DNA from: Candidatus Latescibacterota bacterium | GTDB lineage: Bacteria > Latescibacterota > UBA2968 > UBA8231 | Assembly (NCBI GenBank): GCA_965243025.1 | Contig: CBDETY010000003.1 | Coordinates: forward strand, 6,016,001 to 6,080,000 | Reading direction: 5' to 3' | Length of the DNA stretch: 64,000 nt | In this document: positions 10,264 to 19,623 of the stretch, in pieces | How positions within the stretch are numbered: position 1 is the first letter of the stretch | How the letters are laid out: every line of letters starts with the position of its first letter | The notes under the pieces: generated by a model | The model's database searches: none | Told to the model about the DNA's origin: nothing | Seen by the model: the letters and a program-made list of their open reading frames with translations, nothing else | Translations under genes and position numbers: made by a program

Positions 10264-10755
10264 GGTCATGTCGGACGGCTTGCTGCGCGTCTCCGAGTTG
10301 GTAGCCCTCCTGGTCGAGGATCTCGCTTTCGAACCCGATGGCGGCCGCGTTACCATCCGCCACTCGAAGACGGACCAGGAAGGGACCGGACTCGTTTTAT
10401 ATCTGGGTCCTCCCTACCATGACCCGGGTCAGGGCCTGGCTGGAACGGCCAAGATTACCTGGGGGGCGCTATTTCGTCGTCTCTATCAGGCGGGAATGTC
10501 GGCGGCCCGAAGGAACTAAGCACCGCAAGTGTCCGACAGATCATCAAACGCCGATGCACCGCCGCTGGCGTGAAGGGGTTTATTTCCGGTCACTCACTGC
10601 GCGTCGGCGGGGCGGAGTCGCTGGCTGCGGGGGGTGCTTCGATTGCCGAAATGCAGACGGCCGGCCGCTGGCGGTCGCCGACGATGCCCGGTTACTCTGC
10701 CCGGGGCCAGCTTGCTGTTCGTGGGGCCGTAGCTCGCATCCGCTACGGCAGGTGC
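10264..10755 (+). pseudogene. Cre-like tyrosine recombinase, C-terminal catalytic fragment
   Basis: LLRVSELVAL, IRHSKTDQEG, SGHSLRVGGA, GRWRSPTMPGY spread over shifted frames; 5' part lost at the IS21 end. Confidence 0.85.
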
Positions 10756-10874
10756 GCAGAACCCCGGCAGGATATTTCCTCCTGGTGGCGATTCGGGTCC
10801 CATTGGGGCAGCGGTAGCCGTTGGCCATCTGCTCCGGCCAGACCCCCGCAAGGGTGGTCAGCTTCCACCTTTCA

Positions 10875-11040
10875 CCCCTTTGGGAAATCGGCACTCTGGG
10901 ATCGGAAGGCCACTGCTCTGATCAAGGAGGGGATGGGGGCGTCAAGACCTTCCCTGGTTGATCCCTCCGGGTTTGGAAACCGGTCGTCGCCTCGAGGGTT
11001 CAGTTCAGATGGGTGTGCCCGGCAGATTCAGGAACTGAGT
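10875..11040 (+). repeat. Internal copy of the element-specific non-coding repeat
   Basis: ggaaatcggcactctgggatcggaaggccactgctctgatcaaggaggggatg resembles copies at ~2150, ~4065 and (inverted) ~30900, ~39600, ~41460. Confidence 0.7.
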
Positions 11041-11496
11041 TTCGAGGTGTCGCTGGAAGCTGACCGGGCCTGTTGGTGGGGTGCTGAAAAGCATCGCCAA
11101 CGCGGAACTGCGAGATCTGCGCGGAGGGAATTGGCTCAAGCTGGTCCAATTTCTTTCAGGGATCGACCGGATGGCGCTGTTGCTCAACCGGAAAGAGTTT
11201 TGCCGACGAGGAGATCCTTCATGGTCTTGGGTTTCGTACGGGCAACCACCGGAAAACGAGCGGGTCCCCTTCTGCTTCCTTCCCGGTCTGGCACCGTCCT
11301 CGATTTCAGGTGAAGCAGCACAGGCTATCCGGACACCGAAGCAGGTAAAACACCTCCCTGAAATCGGCACTTTGGACGGGAAGACCCCCCCGGGTCGAGA
11401 TGGGAGTCCCGTATCGAGGCCATCCGGTGTCTGATCCCCAGCGGTTGAGAAGGAGTCGACAAGGGAAGGCGGGCCTCGTTTCACCTCATCTGGGGA

Positions 11497-11820
11497 TCAC
11501 CCTCCAAACAGCTTCCAGTAGATGAACACCGTCAGCCCGACGGTGATCAGGATATTGCTCAGGGAGGCAACGGCCCCAACATTTCGCAGATCCCACTTGT
11601 TCTCCACGACCAAGACCCTGTTCGGTGTCTTGCGCACCAGGATCCCGTAGATCGGAAGCGATACGATGGTCGGGATAGCGAAGCTCCCAAGGATCAGAAG
11701 GACCGCCATGTCGCCCGGGGTGGTCTGGAAGATGAGTCCGGCGAGGAAACCGGTGATCCAGAACGAAAAAAGGGTCGTGAAGAGGGTGTGTTTGGCCAGC
11801 CGGCCTTTCGGCTTTTCCAT
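11497..11820 (-). CDS. Small membrane protein (~3 TM), unknown function
   Basis: 107-aa hydrophobic ORF MEKPKGRLAKHTLF..; start uncertain. Confidence 0.55.
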   Translation of the reverse strand: MEKPKGRLAKHTLFTTLFSFWITGFLAGLIFQTTPGDMAVLLILGSFAIPTIVSLPIYGILVRKTPNRVLVVENKWDLRNVGAVASLSNILITVGLTVFIYWKLFGG

Positions 11821-11939
11821 CGTTACGCATCCGTTGCGGTTGTTACGTTGCCCGGTTTGTGACAGGCTGACGGCCTCGCGGACCATTGGGAAAGGGAAAC
11901 CCATCGTGGCAGCAAAGCCATACATGGCTCTTCCCGCCC

Positions 11940-12077
11940 CTATCTACGGAAAAAACGATTCAGGATGAGTGATGCCGGATTCTCCGGGAATACGACGGTG
12001 CAGACATACATCATCACCATGGCGACTACAAGGTAGCCGATGGCCAGCATTCCGAGAAGGACCGCGGTGAGGAACAT
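11940..12077 (-). CDS. Putative 45-aa single-TM protein
   Basis: MFLTAVLLGMLAIGYLVVAMVMMYVCTVVFPENPASLILNRFFRR; gagg/ggtga upstream; below the ORF-track cutoff. Confidence 0.4.
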   Translation of the reverse strand: MFLTAVLLGMLAIGYLVVAMVMMYVCTVVFPENPASLILNRFFRR

Positions 12078-13055
12078 TATCACCGCCTCTCAATTTCATT
12101 TTGATCTTTGTCCATAGGGCTGGAACCCCTTGCTTGTGTAAGTCCAGTTATCGAACCTCAGGCAATCCCGCAGCCTCTTACGGTGCAAACGGCATCAGGA
12201 CCTCTGCCGGCTACCTCCGACCTGCGTGCCAAAGGCGCCACTTTCGGGGCACGAATTGTCGTAACGCGTTGTTTCATAAGGGGTTTACTCAGAAGGTGGG
12301 GCAAGGAATCATGAACCCGCTCTTCTGGACCGGGGGTTCATCGTCTTGGCCTTCAATGGTCATGAACCGGGGGATCACACCCTGTACCCGGGATCTGCGT
12401 CCCCGGGTCCATCGGCCTGATCTACTTGGGGGGGATTTCGCACGGGGGGACTGAAACCTGGCTTTTCCGCAAGGGCCTGTCCCAAGGCATCCCTCCAGCA
12501 CGGCGCACGATGGATGATGCAGGGCTCACAGCAGTATGATTTTCCCATGTGGGAAAAACCGGACCGGGTCTTGAAGGCCGGCTCAAGTCCCCTGCTCATT
12601 GCGACGGTAGAATGCCCCCTGACCAAAAGCGCGAATTTCGAAAAAAACTGGTATAACCATATAGAGGAAGATTTACTCCTGTCCCTGGGGGACCTGCGAC
12701 TGCGCGCTTCAGCGGACCCGAAGGACTGCAACCGAATCAGTTGCGATTCCAGGTTTTCATCACTCAGTTCAGTTATACACCGACGCCGCGAAGGTTGCCG
12801 AATTCGTACCACGCTGAGTCCCTTCTGATCCCTTTTTGCAGATAACGGGAAGGTAGTGAGAGCGGAGGTAGCTCCGGCTACCGGCTCGCTGAATTCCGTC
12901 GCGGGTTTCTCCCTCCAATCCCGGCTTTACCGGGAACCCGAATACCCTCTCAACACCCTGCTGCCGGCTTTCCGTTTCAAGCCCGGTTCAGGGCCAGTCT
13001 GCGCCTTCTGCCGGTGACCACCGACAGTCAACCCCCCAAAATGGAGAGAATGAAG

Positions 13056-13304
13056 ATGAAACAAGATCAGCTGAAAAGGGCCAGAGACGCCCTGGGCATG
13101 AAGCAATGGGAGCTGGGCCTCGCCCTGGGTGTCAGTGAAGCCGAGGTCTGCCTGTGGGAGAAGGGAAAGCGAACCATGCCGGAAAGGTATCTCCGGCTCA
13201 TGGGAGCGATCATCCACCACCAGGAACGGGGCTTGATCCTGTCCTACAAGGCATTCAATCCACCCGGAAAGGAGAATGCTCGAAATGGCCACCACAATCT
13301 GTGA
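13056..13304 (+). CDS. XRE/Cro-type helix-turn-helix protein
   Basis: LKRARDALGMKQWELGLALGVSEAEVCLWEKGKRTMP; alternative ATGs at 13041 and 13050. Confidence 0.85.
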   Translation: MKQDQLKRARDALGMKQWELGLALGVSEAEVCLWEKGKRTMPERYLRLMGAIIHHQERGLILSYKAFNPPGKENARNGHHNL

Positions 13305-13503
13305 TATCTGCAACGGGGTCGTAGCCGAAGACGACTTGCGCGGCCAGCTCAAGGTCGGAAGGGCCAGCATGGCCGAGGGGAGGAAGTTCGATGTCTGCAT
13401 CGAGTGCGTGCACGGCCTTACCAAGTCCTCTCGCAGAACGGTTTCCTCGCCCTTCCGGATCTTCGTCGACGAGGAGGGCCGTATCCGGGACACGAGGGAG
13501 TAA
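13285..13503 (+). CDS. Small CxxC..CxxC zinc-binding protein (phage-like)
   Basis: CDIC..CIEC; RBS aaggag; overlaps the HTH stop. Confidence 0.6.
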   Translation: MATTICDICNGVVAEDDLRGQLKVGRASMAEGRKFDVCIECVHGLTKSSRRTVSSPFRIFVDEEGRIRDTRE

Positions 13504-13656
13504 ATGGTTTTCAAGCCGGTCTGCTGCGTATGCGGCCAGGAAATCAGGCCTTATCACCTGTTCTACAGGCCCGCTCCCGGTGTGCACATCTGCATCCCCT
13601 GCAGCGAGAAGGAAGGCCCCGAAGAGGAAAAGAGACCTGCCGACGAGGACGGGTAG
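13504..13656 (+). CDS. 50-aa CxxC..CxxC zinc-finger protein
   Basis: MVFKPVCCVCGQEIRPYHLFYRPAPGVHICIPCSEKE..; ATG directly after the preceding TAA. Confidence 0.5.
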   Translation: MVFKPVCCVCGQEIRPYHLFYRPAPGVHICIPCSEKEGPEEEKRPADEDG

Positions 13657-13773
13657 TTGTGTGGCAGAGGGGATCGAGCAGGCTGGGAGGCACTGGGCCG
13701 GAGCCTCTTGTTCGTCTATTGAATTGCGCCCCCGAGCGTAGTCTCTTGAGCCGGAAAGAGCCACTCCCGCATT

Positions 13774-14046
13774 TTGTCGATTTCGTCCAGCCCTGCCTTC
13801 GGTTCCCTCTGCCACTTCTCTCAACCTCACCAGGACAGGCGCAAGGCCAGCCGCCCTGTCCTCCTGGCCATCCGCCGAAATGCCGTGGTCAAAGACAAGA
13901 AGGTTGCCCGGTTCGAAACCCTGCACGAAGCAACCGCACACCGCCAGAAGCACGGAGGGGAAGTTCGCGAGCTCGTGTTTCGCCTGTCCGAGGTCAAGAC
14001 CCTGCTTCAGAGGAACGAAGGGTGGATCAGGGCAGATGGAGAGTGA
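13774..14046 (+). CDS. Hypothetical protein (start uncertain)
   Basis: C-terminal half looks protein-like and is co-oriented with its neighbours. Confidence 0.35.
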   Translation: MSISSSPAFGSLCHFSQPHQDRRKASRPVLLAIRRNAVVKDKKVARFETLHEATAHRQKHGGEVRELVFRLSEVKTLLQRNEGWIRADGE

Positions 14047-14132
14047 CAGGACAGGCCGACACCCCAGTGCTCTCCTGTTCTCCACAAGCTCGCATTATGC
14101 AAATCCCCCTTTCCGGGAAAGGAAACCAGTCA

Positions 14133-14405
14133 ATGGACCAGAAAACGAGAAGCAAAATCGAATCCGTATATCAGGACGTGGCCTTCGAGAAAGTTCACCT
14201 GATGGCGGACGTAGATCCAGCCTGTATTGCCATCTTCTTCCGGCACCCCGAGATGGGAGGGATCGCCCTCCCGGTGTCGGCAGTGCAGGCCATATGCCTC
14301 ACCTTCTCACTGCTGGAGTTGTTCGGAGAATCCGAGGGTATCATGGATCCGTATCTGGACACCGCGCTGGAGGAGATCAGGAAAATGGCGGTGAAGAAAG
14401 GATGA
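14133..14405 (+). CDS. Hypothetical protein
   Basis: RBS gaaagga; MDQKTRSKIESVYQD..; 90 aa. Confidence 0.6.
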   Translation: MDQKTRSKIESVYQDVAFEKVHLMADVDPACIAIFFRHPEMGGIALPVSAVQAICLTFSLLELFGESEGIMDPYLDTALEEIRKMAVKKG

Positions 14406-14593
14406 CAGGCAGGGACACCCTCATGGAATCACTCGCAGCATCGTAAGGGCAAAGGCCACCACCACGGCAACCAGAGCGGCCAAAAGGAACCTTCTCATCG
14501 GGCAACCCCTCCTTCAGATTTCGCAAGATGCCGGGGGATCCGCTGGTTTCAAAAGCTCATCAAGGGTCCAGGGAGGGGAAGGGGGGACGGGGA

Positions 14594-15091
14594 TCAGCTC
14601 CGGGATGTCACCACGACCGCGTAAGCGCTTTGTATCTCCTGAAACTTTTCCTCCGCCAGCCGGATGATCCCAGCGGGAATCTCCTCGCCTGCCAGCCTGT
14701 CCGGGTGATATTCCCGAGACAATTCCCGGTATTTCCGTTCCAGTTCCTCGTCGGACATCTCCGGGGAGCATCCCAGCGTCTCGTAAGACGACGCCAGCAC
14801 CTGTTCCTCGAACTCCCTCCCCAACTCTTCGTCCGTCACCGCTTCGCCTCCGGCGCAGACGAACAGGTGCCGGTTGACCCCCCTGGTCAACTCGAACAGG
14901 GCCACCTGATCCTTGCCGCCGAGGATCCTTCTGAGAGGGTCGTCGGAATGGATCCTTCGCGGATTCCTCGCGTCCTGTAAGCCGTTCTCCCGGAGGTAGC
15001 CCCACAGTTTTTCGACGACCTGAGCCGGGGACATCGGCTCGTCGCCGACAACGGCAGCCAGTTCCTCAGACGGCTGCAGCCGCTTCAACAT
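14594..15091 (-). CDS. SWIB/MDM2-domain plus DnaJ (J-domain) fusion protein
   Basis: SWIB: LQPSEELAAVVG..QVVEKLWGYLRENGLQD..D.PLRRILGGKDQV.LFEL..VNRHL. J domain: YETLG..YRELSREYHPDRL..AEEKFQEIQSAY. Strong RBS. Confidence 0.85.
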   Translation of the reverse strand: MLKRLQPSEELAAVVGDEPMSPAQVVEKLWGYLRENGLQDARNPRRIHSDDPLRRILGGKDQVALFELTRGVNRHLFVCAGGEAVTDEELGREFEEQVLASSYETLGCSPEMSDEELERKYRELSREYHPDRLAGEEIPAGIIRLAEEKFQEIQSAYAVVVTSRS

Positions 15092-15118
15092 CTCCCTCCT
15101 TCAAAGAAAGGACTTGCC

Positions 15119-15430
15119 ATGACCGAACGGATCCGTGCCCTGCCGGGCAAGACCGAGAGGGTGAATCCGAACCGATTCGCTGACGGCATCTTCGCGCCGC
15201 CGGCAGGAAAATACGTTACCGAGGTGGAGGTTGTCCTGTTACTCCACCAACCGCCGCTTCAGCCGGGCCCCTCTTTCGAATTCGAGATCTATCCCCGCCA
15301 GGAGAAGCTGACGGTGCTGGTGTACCACGATACCCCCGAAACCAGCTCGGGAGAGGCGCAGGCCAGGGCGAAAAAAGCACTCCTTCAGGTATTCAAGGAT
15401 CTGGAATCTGCTCTGGTTCCGGTAGGGTAG
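15119..15430 (+). CDS. Hypothetical protein
   Basis: RBS gaaagga; 103 aa; starts 27 bp from the divergent SWIB-J start. Confidence 0.5.
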   Translation: MTERIRALPGKTERVNPNRFADGIFAPPAGKYVTEVEVVLLLHQPPLQPGPSFEFEIYPRQEKLTVLVYHDTPETSSGEAQARAKKALLQVFKDLESALVPVG

Positions 15431-15554
15431 TCTCGGGGATTTCCCTCCTGGCCGATTCGATGCCGTCAGGAGGGTTCTTGCGACCTGCCTGGATAATCCG
15501 GGAGTCCAGGCTGCCTCTCTTTACGTCAGTCCGGCGGTCTTCCTGATCGCCTGT

Positions 15555-15760
15555 CCTGTTTGCCTTCAGCCCGGACGAACAGGGTGGTTGGACCCCGCCT
15601 GATCAACTCGAAATCACCTGATCCTTGCCGGCTGAGGATGCTCCCGCAACCGTCCTCGTCCTGAATCCTTCGCCGGTTCCTCCGTCCCGTAAACCGTTCT
15701 CCGGTGTCCCCAACCCGGCTTCGACTCCCCGGGCTGGGGAATCGGCGGGTCGAAACCAGT
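15555..15760 (-). pseudogene. Decayed second copy of the SWIB-domain coding sequence
   Basis: Reverse complement ggagaacggtttacgggacg..gcgaaggatt..ggcaaggatcaggtg..ttcgagttga..cctgttcgtc aligns to 14845-14995 with indels. Confidence 0.7.
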
Positions 15761-15849
15761 TTTACAGCCAGCCCGTAACCCTGCTGCAGAAGCGCCACAC
15801 ACCCCCTCAATCAGTCAGAGTAGCCTTATATAATGAATGAAAGGAACCG

Positions 15850-16287
15850 ATGAAACTCGAAGTCGTAGAACGCAAAGTGCGGCAAATCTGGCAGGACGTA
15901 TGCTCAGAGCCGCTGACCAGCCCCAACGAGGTGCTCGCCTACCTGGATTCCCTCGACATAACGTCCGCCGACCGGGAGGTATTCGTCGTCCTCCACCTCG
16001 ACACGCGCAATCGCGTAGTCGCCCATGAAACGACCTCCATCGGCAGCCAGAACGCGTCCCTCGTCCATCCGCGAGAGGTGTTCAAGGCAGCGATCCTGAA
16101 GGGAGCCACCAGCATCATTCTGGCGCACAACCACCCCTCCGGAGATCCGGCGCCCTCCAAGGAGGACATCGATCTCACGCACCGTCTTGTCGAGGCAGGT
16201 GGGCTAATGGGGATTCAGGTGCTCGACCATGTCGTCGTGGCTCCTCCTGGCGAGAGCGTGTCCATGAAGGAACTCGGGATTGTCTGA
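15850..16287 (+). CDS. radC: RadC-like JAB-domain protein
   Basis: REVFVVLHLD..VHPREVFKAAI..AHNHPSGDPAPSKEDI..GIQVLDHVVV. Confidence 0.93.
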   Translation: MKLEVVERKVRQIWQDVCSEPLTSPNEVLAYLDSLDITSADREVFVVLHLDTRNRVVAHETTSIGSQNASLVHPREVFKAAILKGATSIILAHNHPSGDPAPSKEDIDLTHRLVEAGGLMGIQVLDHVVVAPPGESVSMKELGIV

Positions 16288-16761
16288 TTTGGGTTCCTCT
16301 CCAGTCAGTGATCGCTGGTATAGTGCTTAAAAGAGCACTTATTCTGCTATGTTGTAGTATTGCCTCCTGCACAAGTCAAAACCTCTTGCACTCAAGGATC
16401 GGTGGTTTGCCCGGGTTCAGCGAGAATGTATGGGTGCGGGAAAGTCGTGGCCCGGTTCATCCGTGCAGGATCGCGCGCCCTTTGCCGAAATACCAGATCA
16501 TGTCGATGCCCGTACGAAATGCCGGGGCCGGGGCGTTGAGTGCCGGATCCCATCCGTGGAAGTCTCGTTTCGGCTGCCAAGAGGAGGGGTCATCGGACCG
16601 GGTACGACGGCCCCTTCTGTCGGTGACCACAAAAGTCAGCTTCCAGACTCGGGGATCAGGCTTGGAAAACCGGGGCCGTGGGACCGAGCAGCGCCCCTTG
16701 TCCGTGAACGGCGGAAATCCAGAGCCGCTCATGGGCATCGGGGTGGCCGATCCACAAAGAG

Positions 16762-16837
16762 CTCGAAGCCCATGTACGACTCGAGGCCCATGTACGAGGG
16801 CCTTTATACATGTACGAGGGCCCCTATAATTGTATAG
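16762..16837 (+). repeat. Tandem 18-20-bp repeats (CATGTACGA x3) ending at a TATAAT box
   Basis: ctcgaagcccatgtacga / ctcgaggcccatgtacga / gggcctttatacatgtacga / gggcccctataattgtatag. Confidence 0.75.
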
Positions 16838-16949
16838 GGAGCGGGACACCCGTTGCAGCCCCGTTTTCAACCTGCCAGGGCACCGAACGGCTCGCGGGGG
16901 GTCGGTCCCGACCACCCGCTCCCCCCCATTCTCACCAGAAAGGAAACCC

Positions 16950-17933
16950 ATGAAACGATGGAAGCGATTTCTGGGCCGCTGGTCCAAGGCCGGCAGAGGC
17001 CTTGTTCCGGAAGAGCCGGAAAGGAAGGGCCTGTCCCTGATCGAGCTGTTCGCCAGGTTCCCCGACGACACCGCGGCCGAACGCTGGCTTGAAGAAACCC
17101 GGTGGAGCAAGCAAATCCACTGCCCGCATTGCGGATGCTGCGGCATGATCTCCGAATGTCCCGACCGCAGGCCGATGCCCTATCACTGCGGGGATTGCCG
17201 AATGCGGTTTGGCGTGCGCACCGGAACCGTGCTGTCCCACTCCAAGGTGCCCCTGCAGAAATGGGTGATCGCCATCTACCTGCACCTGTCCAGCCTCAAG
17301 GGGGTGTCCAGCCTGAAGTTGCACCGGGACCTCCAGGTAAACCGGAAAACCGCCTGGTTCATGGGCCACCGCATCAGAGAAGCCTGGTCGGACCAGAAAC
17401 CCCTGCGCAGCAAAATCGCCGAGATTGACGAGGCCTATTTCGGCGGCAAGGAGCGCAACAAGCACGCCGAGAAAAAGCTCCACGAAAGGTGGACGGAAGG
17501 AAAGACGGCCGTGGTCGGCATGAAGGACCGCCGCACGGGCAAGGTCGTGGCCGAGGTGATCCCCAACATCGAAAACGACACCCTGCGGAAATTCGCCCGA
17601 AGGCACCTGAGACGGCGGGGGACCCTGTTCAGCGACAGCGCCGCGGCCTATGTCGGGTTCGACTGGCCGAACCGCAACGAGGCGGTGGCCCATTCCCGGG
17701 AAGAATATGTTCGGGGCGATGTCCACACCAACGGCATGGAGTCCTTCTGGGCGGTGATGAAGCGAGCCTACAAGGGGACCTATCACAAAATGTCCCCCAA
17801 GCACCTGCAGCGCTACGTCGACGAGTTTGTCGGCCGGCACAACATCCGCGACAAGGACACCCTGGAGCAGATGGAGGACCTCGTGGCGCGGATGGTGGGG
17901 AAACGGCTGTTGTATCGGGATCTGATCAAATAG
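16950..17933 (+). CDS. IS1595-family transposase (third, divergent copy)
   Basis: RBS aaagga; CPHCG..YHCGDC; EIDEAYFGG, FSDSAAAY, HTNGMESFW, YVDEFVGRHN. Confidence 0.95.
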   Translation: MKRWKRFLGRWSKAGRGLVPEEPERKGLSLIELFARFPDDTAAERWLEETRWSKQIHCPHCGCCGMISECPDRRPMPYHCGDCRMRFGVRTGTVLSHSKVPLQKWVIAIYLHLSSLKGVSSLKLHRDLQVNRKTAWFMGHRIREAWSDQKPLRSKIAEIDEAYFGGKERNKHAEKKLHERWTEGKTAVVGMKDRRTGKVVAEVIPNIENDTLRKFARRHLRRRGTLFSDSAAAYVGFDWPNRNEAVAHSREEYVRGDVHTNGMESFWAVMKRAYKGTYHKMSPKHLQRYVDEFVGRHNIRDKDTLEQMEDLVARMVGKRLLYRDLIK

Positions 17934-17947
17934 AAACAGCCCTTCGC

Positions 17948-17987
17948 CGCCCCCCCGCCACTTCGAAGGTGCCGGGGGCTTTTTTGT
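17948..17987 (+). terminator. Intrinsic terminator
   Basis: ccccc-gccac-ttcgaa-ggtgc-cggggg stem-loop followed by tttttt. Confidence 0.65.
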
Positions 17988-18028
17988 GCTCTTCCCGCAA
18001 CATCAAACCGCTCAAAAAAGGAAACCGC

Positions 18029-18238
18029 ATGGTCGAACATCGCACGGTGGAGATCCAGACCGTAGAGGAATGCACCTTCCTGTCGGGACTTCAGATACCG
18101 GGAATCTCCATTCAAGGCGACCGCCAGGGAGGCGGCACCTACGAAATCATCCTGCCCGCAGGCCGGGCAAGGCAACTCATCGAACTGCTGTCCCGGGAGG
18201 CCGGAGGAAAGACCGCCGGGCGTCCGAAGGACATTTGA
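18029..18238 (+). CDS. Hypothetical protein (69 aa)
   Basis: RBS aaagga; MVEHRTVEIQ.. Confidence 0.55.
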   Translation: MVEHRTVEIQTVEECTFLSGLQIPGISIQGDRQGGGTYEIILPAGRARQLIELLSREAGGKTAGRPKDI

Positions 18239-18259
18239 ACGCGAAAGGAGATAATCCTG

Positions 18260-18610
18260 ATGATTCCCAATCCCATCAAAGGCAACGGCGAACAGCGGAA
18301 ACTGCTGGCCGCCCTGAAACCCGTTGTCAAAATCGTCGCCGTGGTCGCGGCCAGGGAAGCGGGGGTGTACCTCTACAAGCTGGCCCTAAACAAGGTCCAT
18401 TCCGAGTGGATCAAGGCCAAGGTCAAGGACAAGCTGAACGTCATCCGCAGGGACTTCGGAAGGGAAACCGATCCCGAGCCCGATATCCAGAACGGCGTGG
18501 ACCCGGAAGGACCCAGCCCGAGAAGTCGGGCTGCCCAGCGCAGAGTGCGGGACGAAACCGGGAAGTTCGTCCGGAAAGACCCACCGCAGGAAGGGGGTGA
18601 TAGCTCATGA
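18260..18610 (+). CDS. Hypothetical protein (116 aa)
   Basis: RBS gaaaggag; N-terminal hydrophobic stretch; RDETGKFV near the C-terminus. Confidence 0.6.
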   Translation: MIPNPIKGNGEQRKLLAALKPVVKIVAVVAAREAGVYLYKLALNKVHSEWIKAKVKDKLNVIRRDFGRETDPEPDIQNGVDPEGPSPRSRAAQRRVRDETGKFVRKDPPQEGGDSS

Positions 18611-18690
18611 TGCCAAGATGGTTGGCGATTCTGCTGGAAGTCGCGCTGGAAGTGATTCAGATCGTCCTGAACCACTGGCGCAGCCGGTAG
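18607..18690 (+). CDS. Putative 27-aa amphipathic peptide
   Basis: MMPRWLAILLEVALEVIQIVLNHWRSR; ATGA overlap with the upstream stop; hairpin follows. Confidence 0.4.
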   Translation: MMPRWLAILLEVALEVIQIVLNHWRSR

Positions 18691-18704
18691 AGGTGCCGAC
18701 CGAG

Positions 18705-18734
18705 GGGTAGGTGCAATCCGTTGCGCCTATCCTT
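18705..18734 (+). terminator. Stem-loop, probable terminator
   Basis: ggtaggtgcaa-tccg-ttgcgcctatcc then ttt. Confidence 0.45.
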
Positions 18735-19352
18735 TAGCCCGGAAAGGGAGAAGGACGGTTTCCGCTGCTGACCAGGCGAGCGTCTGCTGCGCCTGAAGGA
18801 CTCTACCCGACCCCGACGAAGCAGAACTCACCCCACCCGGTTCTGCTCGACCTCATGGGACGGATCCGACGGGCTTGAGCTGATGAGAACCTGCTCAGCG
18901 TGTCCGACGTACCGGTCATCTTCGGGTCCCGGCTACGGGCGTAAAGATCATTTCCCGCCTTCGAGTCGGGGCCGCCGATTTGCCTCCCGAAGCCCTTTCG
19001 CCCCGCCGGGAAGGTGACTTGGGTCCGGGCGGCCTTGCGAAAAGGGGGAGGCGGGAACCCCGACCGGGCCCCGAGAGCTTTGCGGGCACCTCCGGCTGGC
19101 TCTCCCTGGCCTGTCGCTTCCATTACGCAATCATGTGGGGACAAGGCTCGACGCGGCCAGTCCCCGACAGGCGCAGAAACCCATTGCGGTAAGCCGTGTA
19201 CTGATCGGCAGGCAACGGCGGGGGCGGACGGATTACAAAGACATGCCCGGGCGGGGAATGCCAGCGTCCAACGGCATATGGAGCCCCGGTGAGAAGGTGA
19301 GCCGTCGCCAGGGCGCACGATTATGTCCGATATGATGGGTTAAACGAACTAT

Positions 19353-19379
19353 CTATTGGCATGTCCCTATTGGCATGTC
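19353..19379 (+). promoter_or_regulatory. 13-bp direct repeat CTATTGGCATGTC x2, putative operator
   Basis: Exact copies at 19353 and 19367 in an AT-rich region upstream of the FN3 gene. Confidence 0.5.
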
Positions 19380-19623
19380 AACGATCCTAAGTAAGGGGCA
19401 TTCTGTCATGGTGTCAAGCCATTTTTCGGTAAGGAAGAGAGTCCCCCCAGAAATTAAGGCGCCGGGGCCGAGCCAAACCCTTTCGAGGCCTCAGACTGCG
19501 CCTGAAAACCTCCATGAAGCCCTCGAGAAGCCCTCGAATGGTTTGATAACCCATCATATGGAAATCTACCCTCGTCCGAACCGTGTGAAGATGCGGTTTT
19601 CTCAAAGGAGAAGGACTGTTCTG

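Noticed and set aside
12101-12930. Divergent repressor gene opposite the Cro-like HTH
   Set aside because: None of the ORFs there shows an HTH or S24 motif.
16762-16837. Plasmid iterons / replication origin
   Set aside because: No rep gene, DnaA boxes or extended AT-rich unwinding region nearby.
19375-19623. N-terminal extension of the 3162-aa ORF
   Set aside because: The RBS and signal peptide point to a start at 19624 or 19648.
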